Shown in pieces: positions 51,968 to 53,154 of a DNA stretch of 53,154 nucleotides (positions are counted from its first letter, which is position 1; every line of letters starts with the position of its first letter). Source of the stretch: Candidatus Hydrogenedentota bacterium. GTDB taxonomy: Bacteria; Hydrogenedentota; Hydrogenedentia; Hydrogenedentales; SLHB01. The position numbers and the translations under genes are program-made. A model generated the notes under the pieces. That model saw only the letters and a list, made by a program, of their open reading frames with translations. It was not told the origin of the DNA and searched no databases. The stretch lies in contig JAWXCN010000053.1 in NCBI GenBank assembly GCA_034408725.1, positions 1-53,154 on the forward strand, given 5' to 3'.

Positions 51968-52978
51968 CTAACCCGCGTTGCGGTAGATTGAGGCTATCGC
52001 ATCAAAGACAGATGTTCCGGCGGGAAACAACCGCAAAAAGCCATAGGCCACGATGGCCGCCGGAATCGCAACCACCAACATGAAAATGCGGAGCGTATTG
52101 CGGGAATGATGCAGCTCATCCTCGAAATACTGCGCGCATTTATGGAGAAGCTCATCGAGCCGCCCCGAGTATTCGCCCGTCCTTACCATGTCCATTGCCA
52201 TGTCCGGCAACAGATTCGTCGCGGCGAGCGCCTCGGTGAGCGTTTCCCCGCGCTGCACCAACGGCACTGCCGTCACGAGCTTCTTGCGGACATGCGGATT
52301 AACTGTAGTTGCTGCGGCGCGCTCGATGCTCTTCGTCATTGTGAGCCCCGCTTCGAGCAGCATCGCCAGCGATCGAAGGAACCGGATCAGCGCCAGTCTT
52401 CGCGAAATAACGCTGAGTGGCCAGACCCGCGATGTGACTTCCCGCCCGATTTTTTCCAACAGCCCCAATTGTCCAAGCGCGATCAGTACAATTAAGATTG
52501 GTGCCCAGGAAGCGATAACTGCGAGAAAAAAGTTCGTGGTATATGTCCCCGCGATTTCGGCCGTGACTGCGAGGCCCCGAAAGAACGGGATGACGTAAGC
52601 CGCCGAGAGCCACACACACAACGGATACGCCATGTCCCGGATCAATTGCTGGAGGTAGGCGAGACGTTGTGTGTACATGAACGCCAGCTGTTCGAACGCC
52701 ACCTGTGTTTTCCCGCCGTGCTCCGCCGCGGCGATCAGTTCGATGAACTCATCAGGCAACACCCGGCGCTGCGCGCGAAACCCGCCGGTCAAAGTTCCAC
52801 CGTTGCGAATGTGATCGACGATGGGCGGAATGATGCGGCGGATTGGGTACGGCGAATGTTCCGAAGCGATAAGGGCGAGCGCGCGGTCCACCGGGATTGC
52901 GCCCCGGCACAGTTCTGCCAGCTTCCGGCAGAGATACGCCATGTGCTTCGTGCTGAGCTTCGGAGAGAAGAGTCCCAC
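51968..52978 (-). CDS. Second T2SS F / PilC family paralogue
   Basis: GTG start gives MGLFS, as in the neighbouring paralogue. AAEHGGK, MAYP, FLRSLAMLLEAG, TGEYSGRLD. Confidence 0.88.
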   Translation of the reverse strand: MGLFSPKLSTKHMAYLCRKLAELCRGAIPVDRALALIASEHSPYPIRRIIPPIVDHIRNGGTLTGGFRAQRRVLPDEFIELIAAAEHGGKTQVAFEQLAFMYTQRLAYLQQLIRDMAYPLCVWLSAAYVIPFFRGLAVTAEIAGTYTTNFFLAVIASWAPILIVLIALGQLGLLEKIGREVTSRVWPLSVISRRLALIRFLRSLAMLLEAGLTMTKSIERAAATTVNPHVRKKLVTAVPLVQRGETLTEALAATNLLPDMAMDMVRTGEYSGRLDELLHKCAQYFEDELHHSRNTLRIFMLVVAIPAAIVAYGFLRLFPAGTSVFDAIASIYRNAG

Positions 52979-53154
52979 GTCCGCGATGGTAAACACGTGA
53001 ATCGGCGTGTTCACGTACCGGCAGCGTGTGCGCGAGACAATCGCGCTTAATTGCGAAGCGAACTTAGCCAGGAAATGGAAAGCGGTCGCTACCCGCGACC
53101 GCTTTCCAAGGCGCTCCGCGCGGAATTTAGACGTCATTTGGCCGCGCGCAGCGC

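Overview
A GC-rich bacterial chromosomal segment in standard code 11. Gene style suggests Ca. Hydrogenedentes or a PVC-like lineage; this is inference only. Housekeeping content: aroB operon, an isolated rplJ-rplL pair with an L10-leader RNA, tRNA-Ala(GGC), tRNA-Pro(TGG), argS, a parvulin PPIase and two tandem PilC/GspF paralogues. Accessory content: a CP-ATP-grasp/alpha-E plus transglutaminase pair; a degenerate radical-SAM-like/GT2 fusion; two PIN toxin-antitoxin modules; a DUF488-DUF488-dual-OB operon; a large Ser/Thr kinase-WD40-PDZ gene split by one in-frame TGA; a cluster of degenerate ECF-sigma-like, HPt-like, DUF1328 and YhfW genes; a czcCBA plus P1B-ATPase metal-efflux locus; an ABC exporter; and a head-to-head junction of two 5'-truncated secreted-protein genes. 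I saw no integrase, transposase or CRISPR array. The best candidates for undescribed biology are the DUF488x2/dual-OB operon, the pseudo-radical-SAM/GT2 fusion and the pseudo-sigma/pseudo-HPt cluster. All family calls come from motifs read by eye; no database search was run.
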